Source: Streptococcaceae bacterium
GTDB taxonomy: Bacteria; Bacillota; Bacilli; Lactobacillales; Streptococcaceae
NCBI GenBank assembly: GCA_031254295.1
Contig: JAIRUS010000046.1
Span: 2,973-66,972, forward strand
Reading direction: 5' to 3'
DNA length: 64,000 bases
Of this stretch, positions 18,220 through 27,912 are shown piece by piece. Made by a program: the position numbers and the translations under genes. How positions within the stretch are numbered: position 1 is the stretch's first letter; each line of letters starts with the position of its first letter. A model generated the notes under the pieces. It was not told where the DNA came from. It worked only from the letters and a program-made list of their open reading frames with translations, and made no database searches.

Positions 18220-19161
18220 ATGGAAGTTCAAAAAATAAATCAATCGAATTCTCGTTCCCACTCCCATTCTAATGATACTTTCATCGCGTCGTTAGTAAAA
18301 GCGCGCGCAAAACGAAAGACTTTCAAGCAAATAGTTCCCTCGCTCATCAAGCATAGTCTGTTAATTTTGGTCGGGCTTTCGATGCTACTGCCTTTTTTCT
18401 GGATGGTCTCGACCTCTCTGAAAACCTCTGGAAATGTCTTTGCTGTTCCTCCACAGTGGATTCCAAATCCAGCCAGGATTCAAAACTTTGCAGATGTCTT
18501 CACGGCGGTGCCATTTCTTAGGTTTGTGTTAAATACAGTTGGCTATACCGTCGCGGTCGCATTTTTTGAGGTCACGGCCTCGATTATGGTAGCTTATGGA
18601 TTTGCTAGATTCAGATTTAGATTTAAGAAGACTTTATTCATGTTTTTGCTGGTAACAATCATGATTCCCGGAGAAATAAGTATCGTGCCAGGCTATATTT
18701 TCTGGGTCAAGCTGGGGCAAATTTTTGGAACGAGTTTTATCAATACTTATGTACCACTGATTTTACCCGCAATTGGAGGGCAGGCGGTCTTTATCTTCTT
18801 TATGACCCAGTATTTTCGGACGATTCCGAAAGACTTCTCAGAAGCTGCTTATATTAATGGGGCAGGAAGCTGGACGATTCTCTGGAAGATTTATTTCCCC
18901 ATGTCTTTACCGGCCATTTTGACAATTACAATCAGCTCGGTAATGGGTGTCTGGAATGCCTTTCTAGCTCCTCTGATTTATTTGAATGACAGTAATTTAT
19001 TTCCGATTCAGGTAGGGTTATCTTTGTTTAAAGGCTCGTTTAGCACAAACTGGTCCCTCCTAATGGCGGCGACAACGCTGTCGGTGATTCCGATGATTCT
19101 ATTGTTCTTCTCACTACAGAAGTATTTTATCCCATCAAACAAGCAGGATGGGGTGAAGTGA
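18220..19161 (+). CDS. Sugar ABC permease
   Basis: EAA loop FSEAAYINGAG; multiple TM segments. Confidence 0.92.
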   Translation: MEVQKINQSNSRSHSHSNDTFIASLVKARAKRKTFKQIVPSLIKHSLLILVGLSMLLPFFWMVSTSLKTSGNVFAVPPQWIPNPARIQNFADVFTAVPFLRFVLNTVGYTVAVAFFEVTASIMVAYGFARFRFRFKKTLFMFLLVTIMIPGEISIVPGYIFWVKLGQIFGTSFINTYVPLILPAIGGQAVFIFFMTQYFRTIPKDFSEAAYINGAGSWTILWKIYFPMSLPAILTITISSVMGVWNAFLAPLIYLNDSNLFPIQVGLSLFKGSFSTNWSLLMAATTLSVIPMILLFFSLQKYFIPSNKQDGVK

Positions 19162-19667
19162 TGAAGAAGATTGTAAAAAAGATAGAAGATAATATTCAAA
19201 AGTTACCGAGATATTTTCAAATCATGACTGGCTTATTTCTGTCTCTTAATATCGCGGGTTATCTGGCCATGCGAGAGATTTCAGACATCTTGATGTCATC
19301 ATCAAGCGGCGGAAGCAGTCAAGCTGAAGTCGCTAAGCTGTCAGCGCATGATTTTATAAACTATTCGAACAGTGTATTTTTCCTTGATACGGCAAAAAAT
19401 CTTATGATGCTGATATTTATTGTGGCAATTGTCACGATTGCCCTGCAAGTCTTAATCAAGTTTAGATTAAAGCTGCCACGCTTACTATCCGCTTTGCTTA
19501 TCAGTCTTTTTGTGGGAATGCTGCTATTAGTGCTTTCTTCGCTAGTTTTTGACTTCAAGGTTGAGTTCCTAGTTTTTGCTGTTGTATTTGCTGGGACAAT
19601 GACGGCTTTGATGGCTTCGGAGATAAAAAAACGGCTAACAGCCTATGACATGGGAGAAAGGATTTAA
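19158..19667 (+). CDS. Hypothetical membrane protein (about 4 TM) inside the ABC operon
   Basis: Overlaps the upstream stop and ends 1 bp before the ATPase start; hydrophobic segments. Confidence 0.7.
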   Translation: MMKKIVKKIEDNIQKLPRYFQIMTGLFLSLNIAGYLAMREISDILMSSSSGGSSQAEVAKLSAHDFINYSNSVFFLDTAKNLMMLIFIVAIVTIALQVLIKFRLKLPRLLSALLISLFVGMLLLVLSSLVFDFKVEFLVFAVVFAGTMTALMASEIKKRLTAYDMGERI

Positions 19668-19668
19668 C

Positions 19669-20754
19669 ATGAGTTATATAGAATTAAAAGATATTTACAA
19701 GGTCTATGACAAGAAGGTACTGTCGATTGATAACTTTAATCTGGAAGTTGAAAAGCATGAGTTTGTCTGCTTGATCGGGCCTTCGGGCTGCGGAAAATCC
19801 ACCTTGCTGCGCATGATTTCAGGACTTGAAGACATTACAAGTGGAGATTTGCTGATAGATGGAAAGAGGATAAATGATGTGCATGCCAAAGCCCGTGATA
19901 TGTCGATGGTCTTTCAGAACTATGCTCTATACCCTCATTTAAAAAATCGCGACAATATTGCCTTTGGACTCAAACTCCGTAAGGAAAAGAAAGAAGTCAT
20001 CAAAGAGCGCGTGGATAGGGTAGCAGAGATGTTAGATCTTAGCGAATATTTGGATAGGTACCCGAGTGAGCTTTCTGGAGGCCAACGACAACGTGTCGCA
20101 TTGGGACGTGCGATGGTTCAAAATTCACAGATATTCTTGATGGATGAGCCACTGTCTAATCTGGACGCTAAGTTACGCAGTCGGATGCGACTAGAAATAT
20201 TGAAGCTTCATAAAAGTCTCGGCGTGACGACGATTTATGTTACGCATGATCAGATTGAAGCGATGACGATGGCCGATAAGATCGTAGTGATGAGCATGGG
20301 GCAAATTCAACAAATCGGAAAGCCAAAAGATCTCTACTACAATCCAGCCAATCTTTTTGTGGCAAAGTTCATCGGAGATCCTGAAATCAATTTGTTGAGT
20401 GGGAGAATAACTGGAAATGTATTGAAAATTGGTGATATCTCTCTTGCTTTAACGGAGAATCTCTATCCTAATCTCAAAGACTATCAAGGAAAAGAAGTCA
20501 TTGCTGGGATTCGAGCTGAGGATTTCAGGACGGAAAATGTTTATCTTGAAAGCACAGGGCAGAGCTATAAGAGCAAAATTGACCTGATTGAAATGCGGGG
20601 GGACAGTCTGATTTTGATTACAAAGCTAGGAGAAAATGAAATTGCGATAAAGGTTTCGTCTAGTCAGAATCTGGAAGTCGGTGACGAGCTAGAATATACG
20701 GTAAATGTTCCAAAGATTTTGCTCTTTGACAAGGATTCAGGCTTGCGGATTTAG
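19669..20754 (+). CDS. Sugar ABC ATPase (MsmK/MalK-like)
   Basis: GPSGCGKST, LSGGQRQR, FLMDEP. Real start ATG 19669. Confidence 0.95.
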   Translation: MSYIELKDIYKVYDKKVLSIDNFNLEVEKHEFVCLIGPSGCGKSTLLRMISGLEDITSGDLLIDGKRINDVHAKARDMSMVFQNYALYPHLKNRDNIAFGLKLRKEKKEVIKERVDRVAEMLDLSEYLDRYPSELSGGQRQRVALGRAMVQNSQIFLMDEPLSNLDAKLRSRMRLEILKLHKSLGVTTIYVTHDQIEAMTMADKIVVMSMGQIQQIGKPKDLYYNPANLFVAKFIGDPEINLLSGRITGNVLKIGDISLALTENLYPNLKDYQGKEVIAGIRAEDFRTENVYLESTGQSYKSKIDLIEMRGDSLILITKLGENEIAIKVSSSQNLEVGDELEYTVNVPKILLFDKDSGLRI

Positions 20755-20772
20755 AAAAGGAGGAGCCGAATA

Positions 20773-21699
20773 ATGGAAGTTAAAGAACTACTCGAAGCGC
20801 ATCGACTTGATAAGTCGCCAAGACAAGCAGAAAAGTTAATATTTGAAGGTGTTGATGGATTTGATGTCTATAATATAAGTGCCCCTTTTGAGTTTTCTGG
20901 ATTGAAAATCATTGCAGGCCGAGTGGAAAAAACGGACTCTGAAGATTCAAGGATTTGTTTTTTTTCAGAAGCTGATACTGAAAAAAGTGCGGGCTTTTGG
21001 CGTTTGATTGAAGAGGCCAGTCAGCTAAAACTTCAAGATCCATTTACTTTCACTGTAAATCAGCAACGTTTCATTGGAGGAGTTGAAGTTATATTTGCAG
21101 AAAAAGTTGACGAAAAGACAACTTGGCGGACGATAGTTTATAAGATGGAAAGTTTGTCTGCCTTTGAACGGATTTTTGAAGGCCCTTGGGGAATGAAAGA
21201 CCTACGATTTAAACAAATACCCGATGGGAGTATTCTTGTTTTGACTCGACCGCAAAATGAAAATAAGAAAAAAGGCGGACGGGGAAAAATAGGCTTGGTG
21301 CATCTTAAAAGTTTTTCAGATTTATCGCTTGAAGTGATTGATAAGGCTCTTTTACTTGAAAATCAATTCATTGATGCCGAGTGGGGAGGAGCCAATGAGA
21401 TTCATTTTATTGATGGAAGGATTTGGATTCTAGGCCATATAGCAAATTTTGACCGTGCAGGAAATCGTCATTATTATTCGGCTTTATATCTCTTATCTGA
21501 GGATAGGAAGTCAATTCAGTTTTCAAAGATTATTGCGGAGAGAAAAGACTTTAAGGATGGAAAGTCAAAGCGGTCTGACTTGATAGATGTTGTGTTCAGT
21601 GGCGGACTTATACTTGATGGGAAATATGCAGTTATCTACGTCGGAACGTCAGATGCTGAAGCGCAAAGTTTGAAAATTTTAAATCCATTTATTAAGTAA
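20773..21699 (+). CDS. DUF1861/GT108 (MTP-like) beta-1,2-mannoside phosphorylase/transferase homolog
   Basis: DVYNISAPF, AGRVE, LQDPF, MKDLR, EWGGANE, DVVFSGG. Confidence 0.8.
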   Translation: MEVKELLEAHRLDKSPRQAEKLIFEGVDGFDVYNISAPFEFSGLKIIAGRVEKTDSEDSRICFFSEADTEKSAGFWRLIEEASQLKLQDPFTFTVNQQRFIGGVEVIFAEKVDEKTTWRTIVYKMESLSAFERIFEGPWGMKDLRFKQIPDGSILVLTRPQNENKKKGGRGKIGLVHLKSFSDLSLEVIDKALLLENQFIDAEWGGANEIHFIDGRIWILGHIANFDRAGNRHYYSALYLLSEDRKSIQFSKIIAERKDFKDGKSKRSDLIDVVFSGGLILDGKYAVIYVGTSDAEAQSLKILNPFIK

Positions 21700-21715
21700 A
21701 CAGAAAAGATAGACT

Positions 21716-22780
21716 ATGAAAATTAATAGATTTGTTGAAAATCCTTTGATAACTCCTGATGATGTTAAACCTTACCATCAGGGATTTGAGGTCATTGGTG
21801 CCTTTAATGCAGGGGTTGCGTTTTACAAGGGAGAGACCTTGCTTCTTTTGAGGGTAGCCGAACGTCCTATTAGTGAAACGCCCAATATCATCAAAGTCCC
21901 GCTACTAAAAAATGGTGAGTTGACCTTACTTGAGATAGAGCGAGATGACCCCAGATATGATTTTTCCGACCCTCGCATTATACATGAAGTCGGCTCAGAG
22001 GCAGACTTTATTTATCTGACCTCACTGTCTTATATTCGCATTGCGAGAAGCCGTGACGGGCATCGCTTTACGATTGATGAGAGCCCTTTTCTTTATCCTT
22101 TTAACGAATTTCAAAACTTTGGAATCGAAGATGCACGCTGTACTCAAATAGGTGATGAAAATTACTATATTAATTTCACTTCTGTTTCGGAGATGGGAAT
22201 TATTGAATCATTAGTCAAGACGACAGATTTTGAAAGTTTTGAAGACATGGGAAATATCTTTTTGCCGGATAACAAAGATATTTTAATCTTTCCAGAAAAA
22301 ATCAACAATCGCTACTATGCCTTGTCACGTCCTGTTTCGAGTAGTTTAGATCGAAAAGACATTTGGATTTCAAAAAGTTCTGATCTCAAAGCTTGGGGAG
22401 AACATCGCCATCTTCTAAATACGAGCAAGGACGACTGGGATAATGGACGCGTCGGTGGTGGACTTGTTCCTATCAGAACTGAAAAAGGTTGGCTAGAAAT
22501 TTATCATGGTGCAACCAAAAACAATGTTTATTGTATGGGCGCTCTGCTACTTGATTTAGATGATCCTACAAAAGTTCTAGCGAAGTCGAAAGCTCCGCTT
22601 ATGATGCCTGAAATGCCTTATGAAAAAGAAGGATTCTTTGGCGAAGTCGTTTTTGCTTGTGGTGGAATTGTCAATGGAGATAAACTGACCCTATACTATG
22701 GCGTGGCGGATAGGTCGATGGCTGCCTGTGAATTAAGCATTTCCGAAATTCTCAGCCAGCTAGAAAGTGAATTAGAGTAA
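21716..22780 (+). CDS. GH130 glycoside phosphorylase, beta-1,2-mannobiose/oligomannan-phosphorylase-like
   Basis: GAFNAG, LLRVAERP, FSDPR, YLTSLSYIR, GIEDAR, DNKD, EIYHG, VVFACG. Confidence 0.88.
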   Translation: MKINRFVENPLITPDDVKPYHQGFEVIGAFNAGVAFYKGETLLLLRVAERPISETPNIIKVPLLKNGELTLLEIERDDPRYDFSDPRIIHEVGSEADFIYLTSLSYIRIARSRDGHRFTIDESPFLYPFNEFQNFGIEDARCTQIGDENYYINFTSVSEMGIIESLVKTTDFESFEDMGNIFLPDNKDILIFPEKINNRYYALSRPVSSSLDRKDIWISKSSDLKAWGEHRHLLNTSKDDWDNGRVGGGLVPIRTEKGWLEIYHGATKNNVYCMGALLLDLDDPTKVLAKSKAPLMMPEMPYEKEGFFGEVVFACGGIVNGDKLTLYYGVADRSMAACELSISEILSQLESELE

Positions 22781-22786
22781 ATTAAC

Positions 22787-23539
22787 ATGAAAAAATTGAT
22801 TGCCTTTGATCAGGACGATACCATTAACATCACTAAAATGCCGATAGATGGCGAAATGGCTGAGCTTCTCAGTCAACTGATGGAAAAGTTTCAAGTCTGC
22901 ATCATCTCAGGGACAGATTGGGAAGTCATGAAACGAAATGATATTGATACACTCCCAGCTAATGCCAATTTGACTAACTATATCATCATGCCGACGACTG
23001 GAACACAGTATTGGTATTTTGAAAATGGAGACTGGAAACGAGAGTATGCACACTTTCTGACTGAAGAACAGTCAGAGAAGGTCAGTGAAAGTTTGGAGAA
23101 GGCAGCAAAAAGTCTAGGTTATTGGCCAGACTTTCCAGAGGGAGAAGTGATTGAAAATCGTGGCTCGCAGATTACCTATTCGGGTCTGGGACAGTGGGCC
23201 AAGCCTGAAGAGAAGCACGCTTGGGATCCAGACATGAAGAAACGCCAGAAAATTTTGGCACTCATTGAAGAAGAGTTAAAGGAACTCGGTGTGAAAATGG
23301 GCATCGGGGGTGCAACCAGCATTGACGTGACGTTACCAAATATTGACAAGGCTTATGGTATACGCGAACTCATGAAAATCACGGGACTAAAAAAAGAGGA
23401 AATCCTATTCATTGGCGATATGCTTGACGAAGGTGGAAATGATTATCCCGTCAAGGCTTTTGGTATTGACACGATACAAGTCAGAAATTGCGAGGATACA
23501 AAATGGATTTTGCGAGGGATTTTAGCTATTTCCTATTAG
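22787..23539 (+). CDS. HAD-IIB phosphomannomutase-like enzyme
   Basis: AFDQDDT, IISG, ENRGSQIT, GGATSIDVT, FIGD...GGNDYP. Confidence 0.8.
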   Translation: MKKLIAFDQDDTINITKMPIDGEMAELLSQLMEKFQVCIISGTDWEVMKRNDIDTLPANANLTNYIIMPTTGTQYWYFENGDWKREYAHFLTEEQSEKVSESLEKAAKSLGYWPDFPEGEVIENRGSQITYSGLGQWAKPEEKHAWDPDMKKRQKILALIEEELKELGVKMGIGGATSIDVTLPNIDKAYGIRELMKITGLKKEEILFIGDMLDEGGNDYPVKAFGIDTIQVRNCEDTKWILRGILAISY

Positions 23540-23550
23540 GATTGAGTTCA

Positions 23551-23582
23551 AAAGAAAAAGCCAATTATTTGGCTTTTTCTTT
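23551..23582. terminator. Bidirectional terminator
   Basis: AAAGAAAAAGCCAA-TTAT-TTGGCTTTTTCTTT. Confidence 0.85.
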
Positions 23583-23718
23583 AAACTGTAGTATTTTGTG
23601 ACTGCACAACTAATGTAGCTCTGGGTTCAACTGTAGCCGAGATTTGGTGATTTCCTGATAGGACAACTGCAGTGGCGGTGGTCAAGATAACAATAATTTT
23701 AGCTAATTTCGTATTCAT
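23581..23718 (-). CDS. 45-aa peptide with signal-peptide-like N-terminus
   Basis: MNTKLAKIIVILTTATAVVLSGNHQISATVEPRATLVVQSQNTTV*; AGGAGAA RBS; stop codon sits in the terminator. Confidence 0.7.
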   Translation of the reverse strand: MNTKLAKIIVILTTATAVVLSGNHQISATVEPRATLVVQSQNTTV

Positions 23719-23742
23719 GATAATTTTCTCCTAATGATTCAA

Positions 23743-23856
23743 TTAATTAATTTTAATATTTACAGTGTAAGTGTTGATTTCGTAAACCATCATTGAATTC
23801 TCAGAAATTACACTATAATTTACTCTAAGTTTCACGATATTTGTATTTTTCATCAT
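23743..23856 (-). CDS. 37-aa hypothetical peptide
   Basis: MMKNTNIVKLRVNYSVISENSMMVYEINTYTVNIKIN*; AAGGAG RBS. Confidence 0.55.
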   Translation of the reverse strand: MMKNTNIVKLRVNYSVISENSMMVYEINTYTVNIKIN

Positions 23857-23902
23857 ATTTCCATTCTCCTTGCCTTAAAGGCTTTTCGCTTTCGATGATG
23901 TT

Positions 23903-23957
23903 ATTATAGGTTGCGTAGCTTAAAGAAATATTAGCTAGGACTGAAATCAAACTGAAA
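23903..23957 (-). promoter_or_regulatory. Promoter with 11-bp-phased CiaR-like hexamers
   Basis: Minus strand: TTTCAG-5-TTTCAG-5-GCTAAT-5-TTTAAG-10-TATAAT. Confidence 0.6.
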
Positions 23958-23996
23958 TTGTAAATTTCAGTCCTATAGATAAAAAGAAGCTCAATA

Positions 23997-24758
23997 TCAG
24001 AGCTTCTTTTTCATTTTGATTGTTCCGAGATTTCGATAGATAGAAAAACAATCAAGCAAGATTCTTGCATTAATCTGTAGCGCGATACGGCTAGAAGAAT
24101 CAACATCGAATTCATAACGACTGACGGGGGACTTGTAAGCGAGCATAGAATAATCGGCAAGATGGTGTAAGCGACTTCCTTTGCCACAAGTCAAAAGCAT
24201 TATGGTGATGCCTCTTTTTTTGGCCTCTTTGACAGCATTTATTAGGCTGTTAGTTTCACCAGATTGTGATAAGACGAGAATGACATCTTTCAGTCCTATT
24301 TGGTGGGAGTAGTAGAGAAAAAGGTCGTCATCATCAACATTGATACAGGGCTTTGCAATGAGATTCAACTTCCGATTGATATAATTTGCAATCGCTGTTG
24401 TGGTACCCGTGCTATAAATGTAGATGGTTTGAGCGCGATTCATCACTTGTACAAGATTTTCTACAATTTCAGGCTCTAATAACTCTAAAGTTTGATTGAC
24501 TTCAATAAAGTTTTTTTCGATAACGTGATTGACCTCATCAGAGAAGTTATTGAAGTGACGGAGTTCTTTTCTTTTGACAAAATTTTTATAGTCCGAATAG
24601 CCACTAAAGCCATGCTTTTTCAGACTGCGGATAATCGTTGCAGGTGATGCCGTCGCAAAGACTGACAGATCTTTAATTCCTAATTGAAGGACTTTCTGAG
24701 GATTTAGCTCAAGCTTAATAAATGTCTGCTTTTCCGTATCTGTAATTTCTTTTTTCAT
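23997..24758 (-). CDS. RpiR/MurR-family regulator
   Basis: ASPATIIRSLKKHGFSGY; SIS motif VLSQSGET. Confidence 0.9.
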   Translation of the reverse strand: MKKEITDTEKQTFIKLELNPQKVLQLGIKDLSVFATASPATIIRSLKKHGFSGYSDYKNFVKRKELRHFNNFSDEVNHVIEKNFIEVNQTLELLEPEIVENLVQVMNRAQTIYIYSTGTTTAIANYINRKLNLIAKPCINVDDDDLFLYYSHQIGLKDVILVLSQSGETNSLINAVKEAKKRGITIMLLTCGKGSRLHHLADYSMLAYKSPVSRYEFDVDSSSRIALQINARILLDCFSIYRNLGTIKMKKKL

Positions 24759-24919
24759 AAGAAATTCCTTCCTTATCTGATCACGAGTACTCTGTTTTCA
24801 TTGTAACAGATTTAATAGAGATTTAATAAAGAATAAAAATATTTTCAAGAAAATCAAGAAAAATAAAAAATTTTTCAAAAGTTCGATGCTAAGATGAACT
24901 TAACAGAAAAGGAGATTAG

Positions 24920-26236
24920 GTGAAAAAGATTAATATAACGGTTGCTGGGGCAGGGAGTGGCTATACTCCAGGAATACTACTGACGGCGCTTAACTTTCCA
25001 GATGAGTTGCCAGTTGGCGAGATTAGACTTTATGATATTGATGAAGAACGTCTTCGTGACATGGAGACGATTATGGCTTATCTTTTGGAAAAGAGACAAG
25101 AAGATGTAAAGTTGATTGCAACAGTGAATCCAAAGCTGGCTTTTGAGGGCTGTGACTTTGCCTTCACTCAAATCCGAGCGGGTGGAATGGAAATGCGCGA
25201 GTTGGATGAAAAAATACCTCTCAAGCATGGACTGGTCGGTCAAGAAACGTGTGGTTTAGGTGGTTTTGCCTATGGGATGCGCTCAATGAAAAGTTTTAAA
25301 GAGCTAGTTGGCTATATACAATTGTATGCTCCAGACGCTTGGATTCTTAATTACACAAATCCAGAATCCATTATCTCTGAATCGGTTCGTCGTTTTTTTC
25401 CAGAGGCCAAAATTATCTGCGCTTGCGATATGACCATAGGGATTGAAGAGATCATTGAGAAATCCTTTGGATATGATAGAAAGAATTTTATTTCTCAATA
25501 TTATGGTCTGAACCATTTTGGCTGGTATCGAGAAATTTTTGACATCTCAAGAGGAAAAGATATACTTCCAGAGATTATTGAAAAGACTATCGCAGAGGGA
25601 TATAAGGTTGATGAAGAGGAACTAGATTGGCAACATACCTGGAAATTTCTGGAGTTTCTGACAGGTCAGTTTCCAAGTGCGCTCCCGAATAACTATCTAC
25701 AGTATTATCTTTATCCAAACAAAAAGGTTGCGGAGGCAAATCCAAACTACACGCGGGCAAATGAAATCATGGACGGCCGTCTTAAGAAGATAAAGGATAC
25801 AGTTGCTAAAATCAAAGAAAATAGAGATTTGGATACAATTGATTATGCAGGAACAGGGCATGGTCTTTACATTGTTCAGATTGCCATTTCTTTGCTTCAG
25901 AATAAAAATGGCCGCTTCATGTTGATTGTGCCAAATAAAGGAGCCATTCCTAATCTTAGAGAAGACGCAGTGGTCGAAGTGCCTTGTTATGTCAATTCAA
26001 GAGGGGTGGAGCCTATTTCACTCAGATTTGATATTCCTGATTTTCACAAAGGTTTGATGGAAGCGCAAGTAGCCGCTGAAAAATTACTTGTAGATGCTTT
26101 CGTTGAAGGTTCTTATCAAAGAGCCTTTGAAGCTTTTACGTTAAATCAAACTGTTCCCAATGCAGAAGTAGCCAAAATAGTCTTAGACGAGTTTATCGAA
26201 GCAAATGGAGATATGTGGGTTGACTTGAAAAAATAG
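24920..26236 (+). CDS. GH4 6-phospho-alpha-glucosidase
   Basis: TVAGAGSGYT, GQETCGLGG, NYTNP, CACDM, GLNHFGW. Confidence 0.9.
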   Translation: MKKINITVAGAGSGYTPGILLTALNFPDELPVGEIRLYDIDEERLRDMETIMAYLLEKRQEDVKLIATVNPKLAFEGCDFAFTQIRAGGMEMRELDEKIPLKHGLVGQETCGLGGFAYGMRSMKSFKELVGYIQLYAPDAWILNYTNPESIISESVRRFFPEAKIICACDMTIGIEEIIEKSFGYDRKNFISQYYGLNHFGWYREIFDISRGKDILPEIIEKTIAEGYKVDEEELDWQHTWKFLEFLTGQFPSALPNNYLQYYLYPNKKVAEANPNYTRANEIMDGRLKKIKDTVAKIKENRDLDTIDYAGTGHGLYIVQIAISLLQNKNGRFMLIVPNKGAIPNLREDAVVEVPCYVNSRGVEPISLRFDIPDFHKGLMEAQVAAEKLLVDAFVEGSYQRAFEAFTLNQTVPNAEVAKIVLDEFIEANGDMWVDLKK

Positions 26237-26321
26237 CTTTCCAATAAAAGTTAGAGGTTTATAGGGAAGCTATAAAGATGTTCGCACAGTTGAGTGAACG
26301 CAATTTAAAGGAGTTAAAAAT

Positions 26322-27908
26322 ATGATGGCAAAAATTCAGCGCTTTGGAGGCGCAATGTTCACGCCAGTTCTATTCTTTGTTTTTTCGGGATTGATTGTTT
26401 CGATTTTTGGGGTGTTAAATAATCCAGCAATTGTAGGAAGTATTGCAACAGATGGAACGACCTATCATGGAATTATGAAAGTTGTTGAAAATGGTGGCTG
26501 GACAGTTTTTAATAATATGGATATTCTCTTTGCTGTTGGGCTTCCTCTCGGATTAGCCAATAAAGCAAGAGGACGGGCAGCTCTGGAAGCCTTCCTGCTC
26601 TATATGACCTTTCAAACTTTTCTTTCAACTTTATTGGAAAATTTTGGAAAAATCGTTAAGATTGACTTTGCTTCTGAAGTTGGAGATACAGGAAAAGGCT
26701 TAACCATGATTGGGGGAATCAAGACGCTTGATACAGGAGTGCTTGGTGCCATTGTGATTGCTGCGATTATTGTCTATCTACACAATAAATTTTTCGATGT
26801 GCGTTTGCCAGATTGGCTCGGAATTTTCCAAGGCTCTGCCCTTGTAGCTGTGATTGGATTTGTTGTCATGTTTGCGTTAGCAATCGTCACTTTCTTTGTT
26901 TGGCCAATCCTCCAAAATGGAATTAATGACATGCAACATTTCATGGTGAAATCTGGTGATTTTGGGGTCTTTATCTATATTTTCCTTGAAAAAGCTTTGC
27001 TTCCGACGGGGTTACATCACTTCATTTATGCCCCATTTCAATTTGGCCCTGCAGTTGTAGAAGGTGGAACAACCCTTTATTGGTACGATCATTTACAACA
27101 ATTTGCAGCTTCTCATCAAACGTTGAAGTCTTTATTTCCAGCAGGAGGATTTGCACTCCAAGGTTTGTCAAATTTCTTTGGTGTACCAGGAATTGCACTG
27201 GCATTTTGGTCAACAACTAAAAAAGAAAATCGTAAGAAGCTTGCCGTGTTAATTATCCCAGGAGTGATTACCTCAGTCTTTGCAGGAATTACGGAGCCAT
27301 TTGATTATACTTTCCTCTTTATTGCACCTGTTCTATTCTTTGTTCATGCAGGTTTAGCTGCCATATTTGCAACAATTTCCTATGCGCTAGGCACGGTGGG
27401 AAATATGGGAGGTGGTTTGATTGAAATCACAACCTCCAATTTTATCCCTCTTTGGGCCAATCACTACATGACTTATATCGTCATGTTTGTTGTGGGAGCT
27501 TTCTCACTCTTGACTTACTTCCTTGTTTTCAGATTTTTAATTCTTAAGTTCAACTTTCAAACGCCTGGTCGAGCTGAAGGCGAAGTTCAGATGTTTCATA
27601 AAGAAGATTACAAGGCCAAAAAAGCCGCGAAAAAGTCAAACGGAGACTCTGCAAGTGATTCTCAATATGATGAGCAAGCCATCGGCTTGATAGAGGCTTT
27701 TGGTGGAGTTGAAAACATTGATACGATTACCAATTGTGCAACACGCCTGCGAGTTTCAGTTTTTGATGAAGCAAAGGTCTTGAGTGATGCGGATTTTAAA
27801 AACTATCAAGCCCTAGGCGTTGTAAGAAATGGCAAAGCCTTTCAAGTTATTATCGGTCTCTATGTTCCAAATTTACGGGAAGTTTTTGAAAAGATTGTCA
27901 AAGGTTAA
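26322..27908 (+). CDS. Alpha-glucoside PTS IICB (GlvC/AglA-like)
   Basis: IQRFGGAMFTPVL, PTGLHHFIYAPF, GITEPF, NCATRLR. Confidence 0.9.
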   Translation: MMAKIQRFGGAMFTPVLFFVFSGLIVSIFGVLNNPAIVGSIATDGTTYHGIMKVVENGGWTVFNNMDILFAVGLPLGLANKARGRAALEAFLLYMTFQTFLSTLLENFGKIVKIDFASEVGDTGKGLTMIGGIKTLDTGVLGAIVIAAIIVYLHNKFFDVRLPDWLGIFQGSALVAVIGFVVMFALAIVTFFVWPILQNGINDMQHFMVKSGDFGVFIYIFLEKALLPTGLHHFIYAPFQFGPAVVEGGTTLYWYDHLQQFAASHQTLKSLFPAGGFALQGLSNFFGVPGIALAFWSTTKKENRKKLAVLIIPGVITSVFAGITEPFDYTFLFIAPVLFFVHAGLAAIFATISYALGTVGNMGGGLIEITTSNFIPLWANHYMTYIVMFVVGAFSLLTYFLVFRFLILKFNFQTPGRAEGEVQMFHKEDYKAKKAAKKSNGDSASDSQYDEQAIGLIEAFGGVENIDTITNCATRLRVSVFDEAKVLSDADFKNYQALGVVRNGKAFQVIIGLYVPNLREVFEKIVKG

Positions 27909-27912
27909 AGAG

